A DNA stretch of 62,736 bases, filler included, from Vannella sp. (Eukaryota), in the NCBI GenBank assembly GCA_023345925.1. It is 5 parts of 5 records of this genome, joined end to end, with 100 filler letters (N's around TTAATTAATTAA, not from the genome) between each part and the next. Parts side by side here need not be neighbours in the genome. Positions count along the whole stretch, not along the records: positions 21,987 to 51,586 come from JAJQQN010000780.1; 4 more parts are not named here. One strand, given 5' to 3'. Positions 30,966-43,075 of the stretch are shown piece after piece (position 1 is the first letter of the stretch; each line of letters starts with the position of its first letter). Under the pieces are notes generated by a model. It did not search any database. It saw nothing but the letters and a program-made list of their open reading frames with translations, and was not told the origin of the DNA. The position numbers and the translations under genes were made by a program.

Positions 30966-33900
30966 TTAAAGCTCAAACTCCAATTGGAGGAGATAACGCA
31001 TCTTCACCTGCGAAGGGTCGTAAACGACAAACTCCGGATGGTCTTGGGGACATTCCTCGTAGCCTGTGGCTACTTCTGGTCCCAGTACGACGATTGCTGA
31101 GGTTCCAATCTCACTGGGAAGAGGGTTAGAAGGAGTGGGAGGGGAGGGGAACTCACTTGGCCTCTTCTGTGGCTTGGAGGGAGAAGCGGCCGAGAGCCAA
31201 CGTGCTGTGTTTGCCGTGAGCCGAAATCTCCTCTTTGGTGAGATAACGAGGAGTTTCTTGGATGAACTGCTCCCCTAAAGCTACTTCAGACACTAATAAC
31301 AATAGCTGGTTTCCAAACGACGTCGGATGGCAATACTAATCCCCAAAAGAGTGAGTTACTGACTTGGTAAAGTGAATGTTTCGTACCTCGGCGCTCATGG
31401 AGGCCATGTTAGCATGATACACTCCCTTTCCAAACTTGTAACCGCTGTGAGGTGCCTCAGGAGGTGCGATTCGCAATCCCTGGGAGAGAATTCCCACCCA
31501 ATTGGATAGACGAGAGCCGTGCCACAGCAAAACATGGTTTTGAAGGCAATCATGACGTTGGAAACTTTGTTCTTCACCTTCTCTGCGAAGTTTGAAGATA
31601 TGTTTGAGGTGGAGCTTAAAGGGATGTCGATGAGAGTGAGCTGTCCGGAGATAGCGTTCTACCAAGGCATAGTTTGGATGCTCCCGCTCCAACAACGAGA
31701 TCTGATTCTTGAGAGACAGATAATTGGCGTCGCTGGGGTGCAGAGTACTCTTTGCTTCTTGCTGTTGCTTCATTAAAGAAGCTGCAATCTCCATATCTGT
31801 GAGAGTCTGAAGCATATCCAACTTCTCTCGGAGGATGGCCTCATTATCGAGGGAGGGAGGAACAGAGCGGCCAAAGTGGTGGGGGACGATAGTGTAGAAC
31901 TTATTCGTCAAGGAAGACAACCGCGCTTGATTCGGAATGTCCTGTTTCAATTCCACTGCAACCTCTGAAAGTGTGGAGAAGCCTAATCGGATATTGGACT
32001 TGGACAGCTTTCCCAAAGGCAACTTCTCCATGTCCAACTTCAAGTCTGCCATTCCTTGGCGCATGGTGGAAGTATCAAAGATAAGGTCAACCAGCTGCTT
32101 GACGGTTGGATCCAAGCGGGATGGTTGAGTCTCAACCGGCAACGCACTGCTGAGGTCGACATCATCTTCATAAGCAATTTCAATAGGAAAGTAGGCTCCG
32201 CCATACTTTGCGAACTGGCCATCAGCAAACTCGACCCAGCGGTTGCGAGTTTTGTCGTAGAACTTGTCCGCGAATTCCTTCTTCGCGCGATCCAAGCTGG
32301 CAAAGTCTGCCAGTTTCTGACTCCCAATTTTGGTTCCTACACGCCCCCATTTGAGCCACAGGCGCCACGTCCCTTTTCCAGAATCAGGAGCCAGCAGCTG
32401 CATCGTGTAGTACGAATTGACATTGGCCTTGAGATCAGTTTGGTTCAGAACGATATCGTACAGGAGTTTGCCTCGTCCTTCCTCATGAATGTGATACTTG
32501 GAGGTGTCTATCTCGCATTCTGGGTCGATGTACTTCTTTGAGATGCGAGTGAATGTGGCTCCTTCAACCAGTAGGAATTCTTTTGGAGCATCCTGCACCT
32601 CCTGAACTTCCAAGCTTGCGAAGGAGTCTTCAAAATCAGTACCTTCGTAATCATATCCTAATCCTTCATCTGTGCAGATTGGGTCAAAGCCAACAAGTCC
32701 AGAAACGCAATTACGAACGGAGAGACCAGGATCTGCTCCAACGTAGGGAATGTTGAACCTGGTTACATCAATCAGCGCTCCATCAGGAAGCCCTTCTGGA
32801 GAGAAATAGCTCTGTGCTAAAGCAATACCGAGCAATGCTGTTGGATCAGCATTCTGTAGGATTTTTGGTGTTGTTGGCATAACCTTGATTGTCACGCTTT
32901 TCCTCCTCTGAATAGTTTTAAGCCCCTCAGTGGATGGTTGAAGAGTATCCTGCAGCGAAAGTAGTGCGCTTGTGGCATTCTTGGGAGCATCAGGAATGGT
33001 GATTGCCTCCGCGTTGGCAGCGTGTTTCTGCCGTCCAAGAATAAAACCACTCACAGGAAGCAGTTTGCCTGCAGAAATGGATTCATCCAAGAACGCTTCT
33101 TCTACGATGGGAACACCCAGTTGCTTGGCCTTCTCCAAGAGAGCGTTCCCTTTGAAGAAGGTATTCTCACTGCACAGCACCATTGCCGTCCTTTCATTCA
33201 CTGTAGATTGAAGGACTGCAGAGTGATGTGTCAAAAACTCTCCCAGATCCTGCTTGGTCCGACCAATGCGCCCTGATAAGGCCACATGCAGCCCTTCAAG
33301 ATAGTTTGAAGTGACTTCTGGGGCTGGCATGCTGAAGAGATTGGCAAGACTCAAAAGCTCAACGTTTTGAGTGAAATTGATGCGAAATGGGGAACGCTCA
33401 ATGGAGCGGAATCCCCCTTTGGAGAACGAACAAGTACTCCACGCATCGATGTAGCGCCCACAACTCCATTCATCCTGAACGTCATCATAGTGTAGATTAC
33501 CCTCCTTGCAATCTGGACACTGCTGTACGGCCCCCATGATTAATCCTTGTGCGGCTCTCCTAAGAATGTCTTCTTCTCCTCCGCGTATGGCTTGTTTGTT
33601 GATCAGCAGCTGCTCTTTGATCTCTGAAATGCTACATCCCTCATCCAATCGCTCTCTTATCATCCAATCCAACTCACTCTCCTCGGCAGGAGACAAAGTT
33701 CCAGCTTTTCCTTTCTTAATGAGAGTCTCGATAGACTGGGCCACGACAATCTCCTCGATAGGCTCGCCAAACTCTTTGCGGATCTTGTTTTGATCTGACC
33801 AGCGGATACCTTTGAAGCCTTCCAACTCGTTGGTCTTTCGTTCCTTTTTCTTGTTCTGCGAACTCGTTCAGAATCTTTCCGGTTCGGATGGGTGGCGTGA

Positions 33901-34117
33901 CCTTACCCGCTTCATGTAACAAGGCAAATGGTAGTTCGTCGTAAAGTATCCATCGAACGAGGACGAGTGTACTTGGATGCCCATCCTAAGGGCTCCTTTG
34001 CTTATCGGGCCTTTACAGCCTTTGCACTTCCCCTATCATCAGAACAGACTCCCAACAAGAGAGCAACCGAACCATTGCCTTGTCACTACGACTGTACGAA
34101 ACCGAGTCGTTGGTCAT
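30966..34117 (-). CDS. PARP1-like poly(ADP-ribose) polymerase (zf-PARP, PADR1, BRCT, WGR, regulatory, catalytic)
   Basis: CKGC...HLPC zinc finger, CPDC...C...C PADR1, BRCT, KWGRVG, LPLGKLSK, LLWHGSR, GKGVY and EFVVYD. Stop at 30966-30968. Confidence 0.92.
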
Positions 34118-34365
34118 CTTCCCAGACCAGTCTCGAAATGGTTGGACAAAATGGCGCAATGCGACACATTTTCAAAAAATTCCTGGAAATGTTTTATTTT
34201 TCATTGTTGTTGGTCATCTTTTGTATGACGATTTTAGGCACCTGAGCGGAAGTTGTTTGTGGTGATTGATTTTGGGTCTGTTTCATTGTTGTCGCCTAAA
34301 AAAACGATAATGGAAAACAAGAATCTAGATATTTGTGAGCAAGCAAGTGATTGGGTCATTTCAGG

Positions 34366-34899
34366 ATGGCCCACAACCTTCGACGTGTTGACGATGTTGA
34401 CAAAGTGACTGCCAACTTGGGTGTTCAAGGGGGCCGTGTCTTACGCCAGAAGATTGGCTCTTTGGAGGGTCAGCTTGACGAACAGGTGAGATACACCTGA
34501 GCTCGTCGTGTGGAGCTGACATCATGCGTCTTCAAGGCAGAGCGCTACCGAAGTGCAAACCCTGATTCCGACCCTGGAGAGATCCAGAAAATCCGTGAGA
34601 TGTTCATCATCTTCGACAGGGACCTCTCTGGGGACTTGAACGTTGATGAGATGGTGGCCATGTACGAGAGACTCGAGAAGCCCAAGAACCGCCTTCAGGT
34701 GCAAGCAGAGATTGCCAAGTACGACAGAAACAAGAGTGGAACCCTTGACCTCTTTGAGTTCCTCGAGATGTCCCTCGGCGCTGGAGCCAACCCCTTCCTC
34801 AAGACCCTCCTCTTCTTCAAGCAACTGGAGCTCAAGAACGCCGAAGAAGCCGCTCGGGCTGCTGACCCCAAAGCTGCTTTCATGGCATCACGTCGATAA
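34366..34899 (+). CDS. AIF1/Iba1-like EF-hand protein
   Basis: QGG N-terminal motif, EF-hand pair DRDLSGDLN / DRNKSGTLD, ERLEKPKNRL and FLEMSLG...FLKTLL. One intron. Confidence 0.75.
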
Positions 34900-34922
34900 A
34901 CTGCCCACACGGACATTCTCTC

Positions 34923-36603
34923 ATGTCCCTACTGAAAGGGTTGGGTCTGGAGCAGTTGCGTGAGCTTGTGGACGACTACCTGTCACGGCGTTCATTCGCA
35001 TCTGCTCTCTTCTATGCAGATCTCCTTCTTTGTGTTTCCAGTGAGTGAGGAGCTCAGCACTGCAAGAGGGACTCCTCTCTGACCCTTTCCAGACGCACCG
35101 GATGATATTTACCGCAAGGCGGACTGCTTCTTTGCCAATGGGGAGTACAAACGTGCTCTAGGGCTACTACAGAAGAAGGGAGTCATCTCTAAACACTCTC
35201 CCTCCCTCCATCTAGCAGCGTGCTGCCTTCTCCAGTCGGGGGAGTGGGACGAGCTGCTAGATCTTCTCAACGTCCCGCCCTGTAGCGATCCAAAGATGCG
35301 AGGAGCCATCAACATCCTACGAGGAAAGTCCCACGTTGCGTTAGACCAGCGCCAAGCGGCCAAGACGCAGTTTATTGAAGCTCTTGCAACTGATCCAGAG
35401 GGAGTGGAGGCGTACCAGCTCTTGCAAGAGCATGGGCTACTAACACCAGAAGAACACATCTCACTACTCCATTCTCTTCAGTTCCCGCCATCCCATGCAG
35501 CCTTACAAGACATATTGAGCGCCGAACTTGCCAAGTACGAAGCCTCTGCCACAGGACAACTGCGCATACGCCAGATTGAAGCAGAACACGGTCTCCAGCA
35601 CAGTGCTTTCATACAGACAACAAAGGCAGCATCCCATTACGAGCAATACGAGTTCTCTCTCTCACACAAGATCACAAAGAACATGCTCGAAGACGATCCC
35701 CGGCTACAAGGGGACGCTTTGCTCCTCCACTTGGCCTCTCTAAGCGAGCTTCGCATGAAGAATGAGCTTCTTCTTATCGCTCATCGCTTAGCAGAGGAGC
35801 GCCCAGCCAACCATGTGGGCCATTATGCCATCGGCACGTATTACTATTCTCTCGGCGAGTTTGAGAAGGCGCGCAGCCATTTTAGGTACATTCACTCTTT
35901 AGAACAAGGTGGCTCTTTCTCACTCATCAGGGTAGCAAAGCCACTACTCTACAGCCAACATTTGTTCCTGCATGGGTCGGTTTCGGACATTCCTTTGCTC
36001 TTCAAGACGAACATGACCAAGCTATGGCCGCCTATCGCACAGCATTCCGTATAACAGCGTAAGGGCGTTCTTCTGATAGGTCGTGGGCTTATCTTGGGGC
36101 CTGGTAGGAGCCATATGCCTGCTCTTTGCATTGGCATGGAGCTGGTTCGGGTTCACAACTTCCCCCAAGCTGACCAGTTCCTGCAGCAATCCCAGAGGAT
36201 GAATCCCAAAGACCCCTTAGTATGGAATGAGCTTGGAGTGGTTGCTCTCAAAGAACGTCGGTTCGAGGAATCCGCTCAACTCTTCCGAAAAGCTCTCCAA
36301 CTGGCAGGGGGGCAGCGCACTGCGATCTGGGAAGCTACCTTTAGCAACCTTGGGCATTCTCTCCGTCGTCTTCGGGACTATCCCGGTGCAAAGGAGGCCT
36401 ACCGAGCTGCCTTGAACCTGGCCCCCAGCGAGAATCATGTCCAAGCTGCTCTACAAGCCTCCCTCGGCCTCACCTCCCATCTAGAAGGCGACCTCGACGC
36501 CGCCATTCTCTTCTACCAACAAGCCCTCGGCACTGAACCCGGAAACCGCTTCGCCCTCGAACTCCTTTCCCGCGCTATTTCCTCCATCCAATTGGCCTTG
36601 TAA
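34923..36603 (+). CDS. CDC16: APC/C subunit CDC16/APC6 (TPR)
   Basis: SALFYAD, AWVGFGHSFALQDEHDQAMAAYRTA, DPLVWNELGV and NLGHSLRRL. Three introns. Confidence 0.9.
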
Positions 36604-36687
36604 CCCGTTCTTCCCACTTTCCTTGAAGAAAACGAAGGTTTCTGTTGCCATTGGAATGTTGGGAACCCGCTTTTCACTCATTTCTTG

Positions 36688-39004
36688 ATGAGCTCTCGAG
36701 GGAAGCCGGCGCGAGGGGGAGCGTCTCGTTCTCAGCGTATGTGCGGGTGGTGGTGGTTTTGGTGTTCTCATGCAAGTGGTTGTTAGGGGGGAAAGGAAAC
36801 AAGTCTGTTGCGGTTGTGCCCGTGCAGCTGCCAAGTCTGCGTAGTGAAGAAAGGGGAAGTGGCGATAGTGCTCCACCTGCTCAGGTCCCTGCTCGGAGCT
36901 CTCAGCGCTCTACTAAGGGTCCATCTAATGGTGTCGAAGCTGTTGCTGGCTCTAAAGTGGCTTCTACTCCAGTGCCAGGACGGCAGCAAGACAAGTCGAA
37001 GGAGTTGCCTTCTCAACAACCCACTGCGGAGGATCCCGTCCAGACACTGCCCCAGGAACCCATTGCAGAGATGCCTCAAGACAAAAACACTCCCGTAGAT
37101 GCCCTTGCAGTACCAACTGACACTACTCCACCCAGTCCCCAAGAACCCGGTGTTGCGGTCCCCCCACAGGAGCCTGCCGAGGCTCCTACTCAGGGGCAGA
37201 GCATAGAGCAAGTTCAAGATGCTCAGATCGTACCAAGCAAAGAGCTGCCTGCCTCCAAGAAAGAAGAGAAAGAAGAGAAAGAAGAGAAAGAAGAGGAAGA
37301 GCTAAAGAGCTGGGCGGGTGAGCAGGGAGAGGCTGCCAAGTCCTTTTAACTCACGCTAGGATAGATTTGGCCTTCGAAGCAGATGATGATGAGCCAAGTG
37401 AGCCTCGCTCCACGCCCCCTGTAAGGCAGGTAGAGCAAGCAAAAGGGAGTCAAGCGAGAGGCAATTCTCCAATCGCGCGTGGGAACCAGAAAACGGAAGC
37501 GGAGCGCCCTGTCAAGCGCATCCTCTCGCGACATGAGAAGGAAGGACCTAATCAGCGATCAGTTGGTGGAATAGCCAGTCCCGCTGATAGCGCAGCTCTC
37601 CTCGAAGTTGCTCAGCAAAAAGAGATTATGGAAGAGAAAGCCAGGGCTGCAAAACTAAGACGGGAAGAAGAAGAACAAGCTCGAGTAGCAGCTGGCCGCG
37701 CTGCTGCTAATGAGCGGCTCAAGAAGCTCGACAAGGAGATCCAAGAAAGGAATGAATCCAAAGATCAGGTTCCTTCTCCGGCCCCGGCAGTTTCTGTGCC
37801 CGCTCCAGTTCGTATCCTGCCCTCCCTGCATCAAAAAGATACTCTTCCAATCACTGGGAGTGAACTATCCTGGAGAAATTCTTCTGAGATGGAAAAGAGA
37901 AATTCAGAAGCCTCTAGTGTCTGGAAGAAGCGTTCTAACAAACCACCTGCGACTGAGCAATCAAAGAACAAAGGGAAGAAGACAGAAGAAGCTCCAAAAG
38001 GGCGACCTGCCAACCCTCAGCAAGACCGAAGGGCCGCTGGGGCAAAGGAATCCAACCCTCGCAACAAGGGAAAAGATGAGCCTTCTGGCGAATCCAAAGA
38101 TGCGATAGAGCCATCAACTGCCGCTGAAGTGGCCAAGCCAAAGCGTAAGAGAAACCGTGGCAAGGGCCAGAATAGTGCACAGAAAGGAAAAGAGACGAAA
38201 AGGGAACCAGTCTCTGAAACAGAGGAAGTCAAGTCAGCCTCTCCACCCAATACACCAGAGGAAACCCTGCCCACAGGGTCTGTGCCAACTACAGGTGCTG
38301 AGTCGGCTTCTCAACCCAGAGGTCCCACATCGGAAGAGCAGACTGCTCCCACCGAGGCGAAACTAGCCTCTCTACCCAAGGCATCTGAAGAGAAGACAAC
38401 TCCGGCTGGGGCAAAGCCAACCTCTCCACCTCAAGCGGATGCCGCTTCTACAAATGCTTCTAAGTCCAAAAAGAAGGCGAAAAAGGGAACTACCAAAGCA
38501 TCTGAAGAGGAAACCCTTCCAGCTCTGGCAAAACCATCCCCTCCGTCCAAAATGCCTCAGGAGGAGGCTCCGGCAAATGGTAAGTCGGCAAAGAAGGCGA
38601 GAAAGCAAACCCCCAAAGCCACAAAACCTCCTCAGGGAGAAGGGGAAGCCAATCGAACCGATAATCTCCCTCCCAAAGAGGCAGCCTTGGAGGTACGCCC
38701 TGACTCCATTCCAACCCCAAAAGAGGAGGCCCATGCAAAGATCCCCGAAGCCCTTCCAGTTGCCATCACAGCAGCAACAGAGATGACTGGTTCCGCTGCC
38801 CCGAAATCTGTGGATCCTCCTCTTGATGTCTCAGTACCGCCTTCCTCCTCTCCAGTTACAACTCCTCATACTGGCCATCCCCATCCGAGAAGCGTTAAAC
38901 GCAACGCCGAAGCTCGGAAGGTGGAAGAGAGCCCTCCCACCAAACCCAAAGCTGGAGCGGGACCCAGGTATGTGTTGAAAACCCGAGCCCCGACGAATGC
39001 ATAA
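36688..39004 (+). CDS. PRRC2/BAT2/MOS1-like low-complexity protein
   Basis: PVQLPSLRSE (BAT2-N-like), spliced SWADLAFEADDDE, and coiled coil KARAAKLRREEEEQAR..AAANERLKKLD. Introns near 36737-36786 and 37318-37364. Confidence 0.65.
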
Positions 39005-39344
39005 ACTCCTCCACACTGACCAGTCCTCCAAGCAAACAGAATCAGCCTCGATCAGGATACGGCGAGAGAACAGGATCCAAATAAACCTGATTCTCCCTCA
39101 TTTGTTGGATCCCTCCCCACCTTATCTGCCTCCAAAAGTCAAAGGTGAGGGAAAGAGAAGGTCGGGTGAGCGCACCTCCGGAAAGTGCCCACCCGCACGC
39201 ACCAGTCAGATGAGGCAGATGTGCGGTTCTAAATCCTTGTTTGAGTCAAGTGCAGGAGCGACAACACTGGTCAGGAGTGAAGAGGAAGCAAGCGGGTTTA
39301 TTGCCGTGTTGTTACAGAAAGAAGCGCGTGGAGTGAGCCAATAT

Positions 39345-40530
39345 TTAAGCCCAAACCTGAGTCCGTAATGAGTGAAAGCTAGAAGCAAGTAGAGAAGTAA
39401 ACGTACGCGGATGGTGTGGTCCCAGCTGCCTGTTGCAAGTGCAGTACCATCAGAGGATACGTCAACGCTGCTGATGCGCTGATCGTGGCCCTTCAGCTCT
39501 CCGATGACTTCAGACTTTTGTGTGTCCCAGGATCTGGCAATGGCGTCTTCGTAAGCGGTGAAGAGGATACGACCACTCAATGAGAATGAAAGTGAAGTCA
39601 CAACCTTCTCGCTGTTTGGAAGCTTGTACTGATTGAGCTCTCTGTCCGCGCGGATATCAAAGAGACGGCAAGTGTAATCATCAGAGCCAGAGGCGAAGGC
39701 AGTTCCGTTGGGGAAGAACGTCACGCAGTTCACATCCTGCTCATGTCCTGTGAAGGTTTGCTCAGCCTTTCCGGATTTGATATCCCACAAGACACAGGCG
39801 TTGTCACAGCCAGAGGACACAAACTTGTCATTCGAGCCGGGAGCGATTGCGAGACTAACGTAAATCAGTAAAATAAGATAAAATAGAAGCGTAGGGATGC
39901 CCACCTCATCACATCTCCCTCGTGCTCAGTGAACTGAGTCACCTTGGAACCGGTCTCTACGTCCCAGAGGATGCAAGTTGCATCTCCTGAAGAAGTGAGG
40001 ATCTGTCTATCGTCGATGAAACGGCAGCAAGACAGGTAACCAGTGTGAAAGTTAAGCTCTTTGGTAGGCTTAATCACGTTCTCCTTGTCCAATGCGTACA
40101 CAGAGCAAATGTTGTCCAAACCACCACAAGCCACAAAGTTTCCAGAAGGAGCGTACGCGCACGTCATCACCCAGGAGCAACGTAGAGGGATTGCGTGGCT
40201 CTTGTTTGTTGTCAATGCGTCCCAAACCAGAAGTTTACCGTCTTGCGAGGCGCTGACCAACTTTGTCTTCTCCTCGGACCATTGAATCGCGTAAATCTTA
40301 GCAAGATGACCGCGCAGAGATCGCTTGCACTTGATAGGAATCTTATCCACCTTGGAGCTTCCCTTTGCAAAAGCAGACACTGAAGACACGTGAGAAGCCA
40401 GCTCCTTTCCACCAGGTTACCTACATGTGGTGTCGCCCTTGGTTTCCCGAGTCTCCCGAATCTTCTTCTTCATAGTCTTCGCCTCCTCAGTGGCGATTTG
40501 GATGCGGTGTTCGATGTCATCCCCAGCCAT
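39345..40530 (-). CDS. Heterotrimeric G-protein beta subunit (copy 1, canonical)
   Basis: [37 protein letters not shown] and ATGSWD. Three introns. Confidence 0.95.
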
Positions 40531-40610
40531 CGCTGCAACGCCAACAAAAAATCGGGTGCCCATATATTACGTAATTATTAGAGAGGTTATTGTGGATCCA
40601 AGAGGGTGAG

Positions 40611-41868
40611 TTAGGCCCAAATCTAAAGTGGAGAGAAGGTGAGGTCGGTGAAGGAAAGTCTGCTGAGAGCTTACTCGGATGGATTGATCCCAACTGGCGG
40701 TGGCGAGAGCGCAGCCGTCGTGGGAAAGGCCGATCTCGCTGATTTGGCGGGAGTGTCCTTTCAGTTCGGTGTTGAACTCACCGCGAAGGGTGTCCCACAC
40801 GCGTGCGTTGGGGTCAGAGTGGGCTGTGAACATGAATCGACCGCTCAGGGAGAAAGTGAGGTCAAGGACGGGGGTGTTTGCCTCCGTTCGGTATTGTGCC
40901 AGCTCATTCCCAGCTCGAATGTCGTACAACTTGCATGTTCCATCATCTGAACCAGACGCAAAGGCTACCCCACTTGGGAAGTATCTGAAAGGCAACATTC
41001 CTTTGAGAGGAGAACTCAGTAGAGACGAGGGGGGACTCACTCGATAGCATTGACGTCTTGTTCATGTCCTCGGAAGACTTTCTCTGCTCGACCAGTTCGC
41101 AAGCACCACATAATGCAGGTGTTATCGCATGACGCGGTGATGAATGACTCCTTATCTGGGGCGATGGCTAATCTAAGTTGACAAGGGCATGTGAGCATCT
41201 ACAGTAAGAGGAAAGCATTGTCTAGTACCGAGTGATGTCGTCTGTGTGACCAGCAAACTCGCAAATCTTCGTGGATGTGTTCAGGTCCCACAAGATGCTC
41301 AGGCCATCACCAGAAGACGTCAGCATTTGGCGTTCGTTAAGAAAGCGACAGCAAGACACAAAGCCACGGTGTCCAACAAGGTCTCGAGCGGGCTTCTCGA
41401 CCACTTCTGTGTCCAGCTTGTAGATGGAGCAGAGATTGTCCAGCCCACTGCACGCAGCAAAGTCTCCCATGGTGGAGGAGAGGTATGCACAACTCATCAT
41501 CCAACCATTAGAAGAGTAGAGAACGTTCAACTTGTTCGTTGTGAGAGCGTCCCACACAAGAAGGCGCCCATCCAGGCCGGCGGTGAGGAGAACGGGCTTG
41601 TCTTTGGCCCACCGCATGGCGTTGATCTTTCCAGAATGCCCTTTCAACGCTCTACGGAACCTGATGTGGCACTTCTCTTGGTTTTCCCCCAAACTCAAGC
41701 TCTGTACTGGAAACCAGTCGTCAGCTCCCTCTCCCTCCCTCCCAACCCCTCACACGTACACTGAGTCCCCGCATCGGTTTGTCGTTTCTCCTCCAGCTGA
41801 TTGCGAAGTTCCTGAGCCTCCTTAAGAGCCTCCTCCAGTCGTTGAGGGACGTCCTTCCCCTTCCCCAT
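40611..41868 (-). CDS. Heterotrimeric G-protein beta subunit (copy 2, divergent)
   Basis: LKGHSGKINAMRW, WMMSCAY, GLDNLCS, LTSSGD and ATASWD. Four introns. Confidence 0.9.
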
Positions 41869-41949
41869 CAGGGACCAATCCAAATGGCCTCAGAACCTTC
41901 CATTTGCATTTCACAGGGTTTAGATAATAATTCTATCTCAGTCATTTTA

Positions 41950-42992
41950 ATGGCAGACCCGCAGAGCCGCCTGCTTTCAAAGACAAAGAGTGCGGAGCGG
42001 AAGCCCTCGAAAGGGAAGGTCTCGTCGAACTGGCTTCAGATAGTGAGTGGAAGGGTTGTAGGAGAGGGTGTGGGATGTCTGTGGAGAGGACGGCGGGTGG
42101 AGGAGGAGCTTACAAGGGCGTTGGATAGGCACCAAAGGCTACCGGGAAGAAGAGACCGCAGCTGGAAGTTCCTGATCGAGAAGGGCCTGATGCTAAGCGA
42201 CAGAAGCTCAGCGATTCACTTCCTGAAGTGATCAATGAGGATCGGAGGTTGGTCTCCTCTCCCTCAGCTTCTGGGAGTGTTCCTGATGGGTTTGGGGTAT
42301 CACAGCATCACCAAGTACCTTGGTCTTGATTGTGAGATGGTTGGAGTGGGATCAGGAGGGCTTGAGAGTGCTCTGGCCCGAACCGTGATCGTCAACTCGT
42401 ACGGAAACGTTATCTTTGACAGCTACAGCAAGCCCAAAGAGCCTGTCATAGACTATAGAACTGCTGTGAGTGGTATTCGAGAGGAGAATCTCACCGAGGG
42501 TAAGTGATCGACACTCCTTCTGTGATCAATCTCGTACAGTGGCTCACTCGCCTTGGTGGGAAGCTCCTTCGTTTGAGGTTGTACAGAAAGAGGTAGCACA
42601 GATCATAGAAGGGAAGATCGTGGTGGGCCACAGCTTAGAGAACGACTTTAAAGCTCTTCTTCTCGCCCATCCCTTCGGGATGACCCGAGATACCGCCAAG
42701 TTCCATCCCTTACAACGGAAGAAGAACAAGCCACACTCTCTCAAGTGGCTGGCGCGAACGCATCTCGGTGTCTCCATTCAGACCGGCGAACATGACCCTG
42801 TGAGTGTCTTTTCGCCCCTTTGGTGGCCAGTTCTCACCGCTTGGCTATCCATAGAGTGTAGATGCACGTGCAGCGCTTCTACTGTACAACAAGTTCAAGA
42901 AGGAGTGGGAAGCTCACCTGAAACAGCGCCACAAGAAGAAGTTCTCAAATCATCGCGTCCCCAAGGCCAAGAAGGCTGGCGACGCGCAGTAG
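41950..42992 (+). CDS. REXO4: RNA exonuclease 4 (DEDDh)
   Basis: SSNW, LDCEMVGVG, DYRTAVSGI, VGHSLEND, RDTA, GEHD..VDARAA. Confidence 0.9.
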
Positions 42993-43075
42993 GACGTCTT
43001 CAACGCATCTATCTATCACAAAGAAAGAGAATAGAGTCCTTCAGACAGCCCCAAGCGCCATTCTTTGGGTGCCTG

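Noticed and set aside
3284..34117. DNA-repair cluster of UNG-APE and PARP
   Set aside because: About 25 kb and two gaps apart, with unrelated genes between.
37255..37300. AAAGAAGAG tandem repeat
   Set aside because: Simple KEE coding microsatellite.
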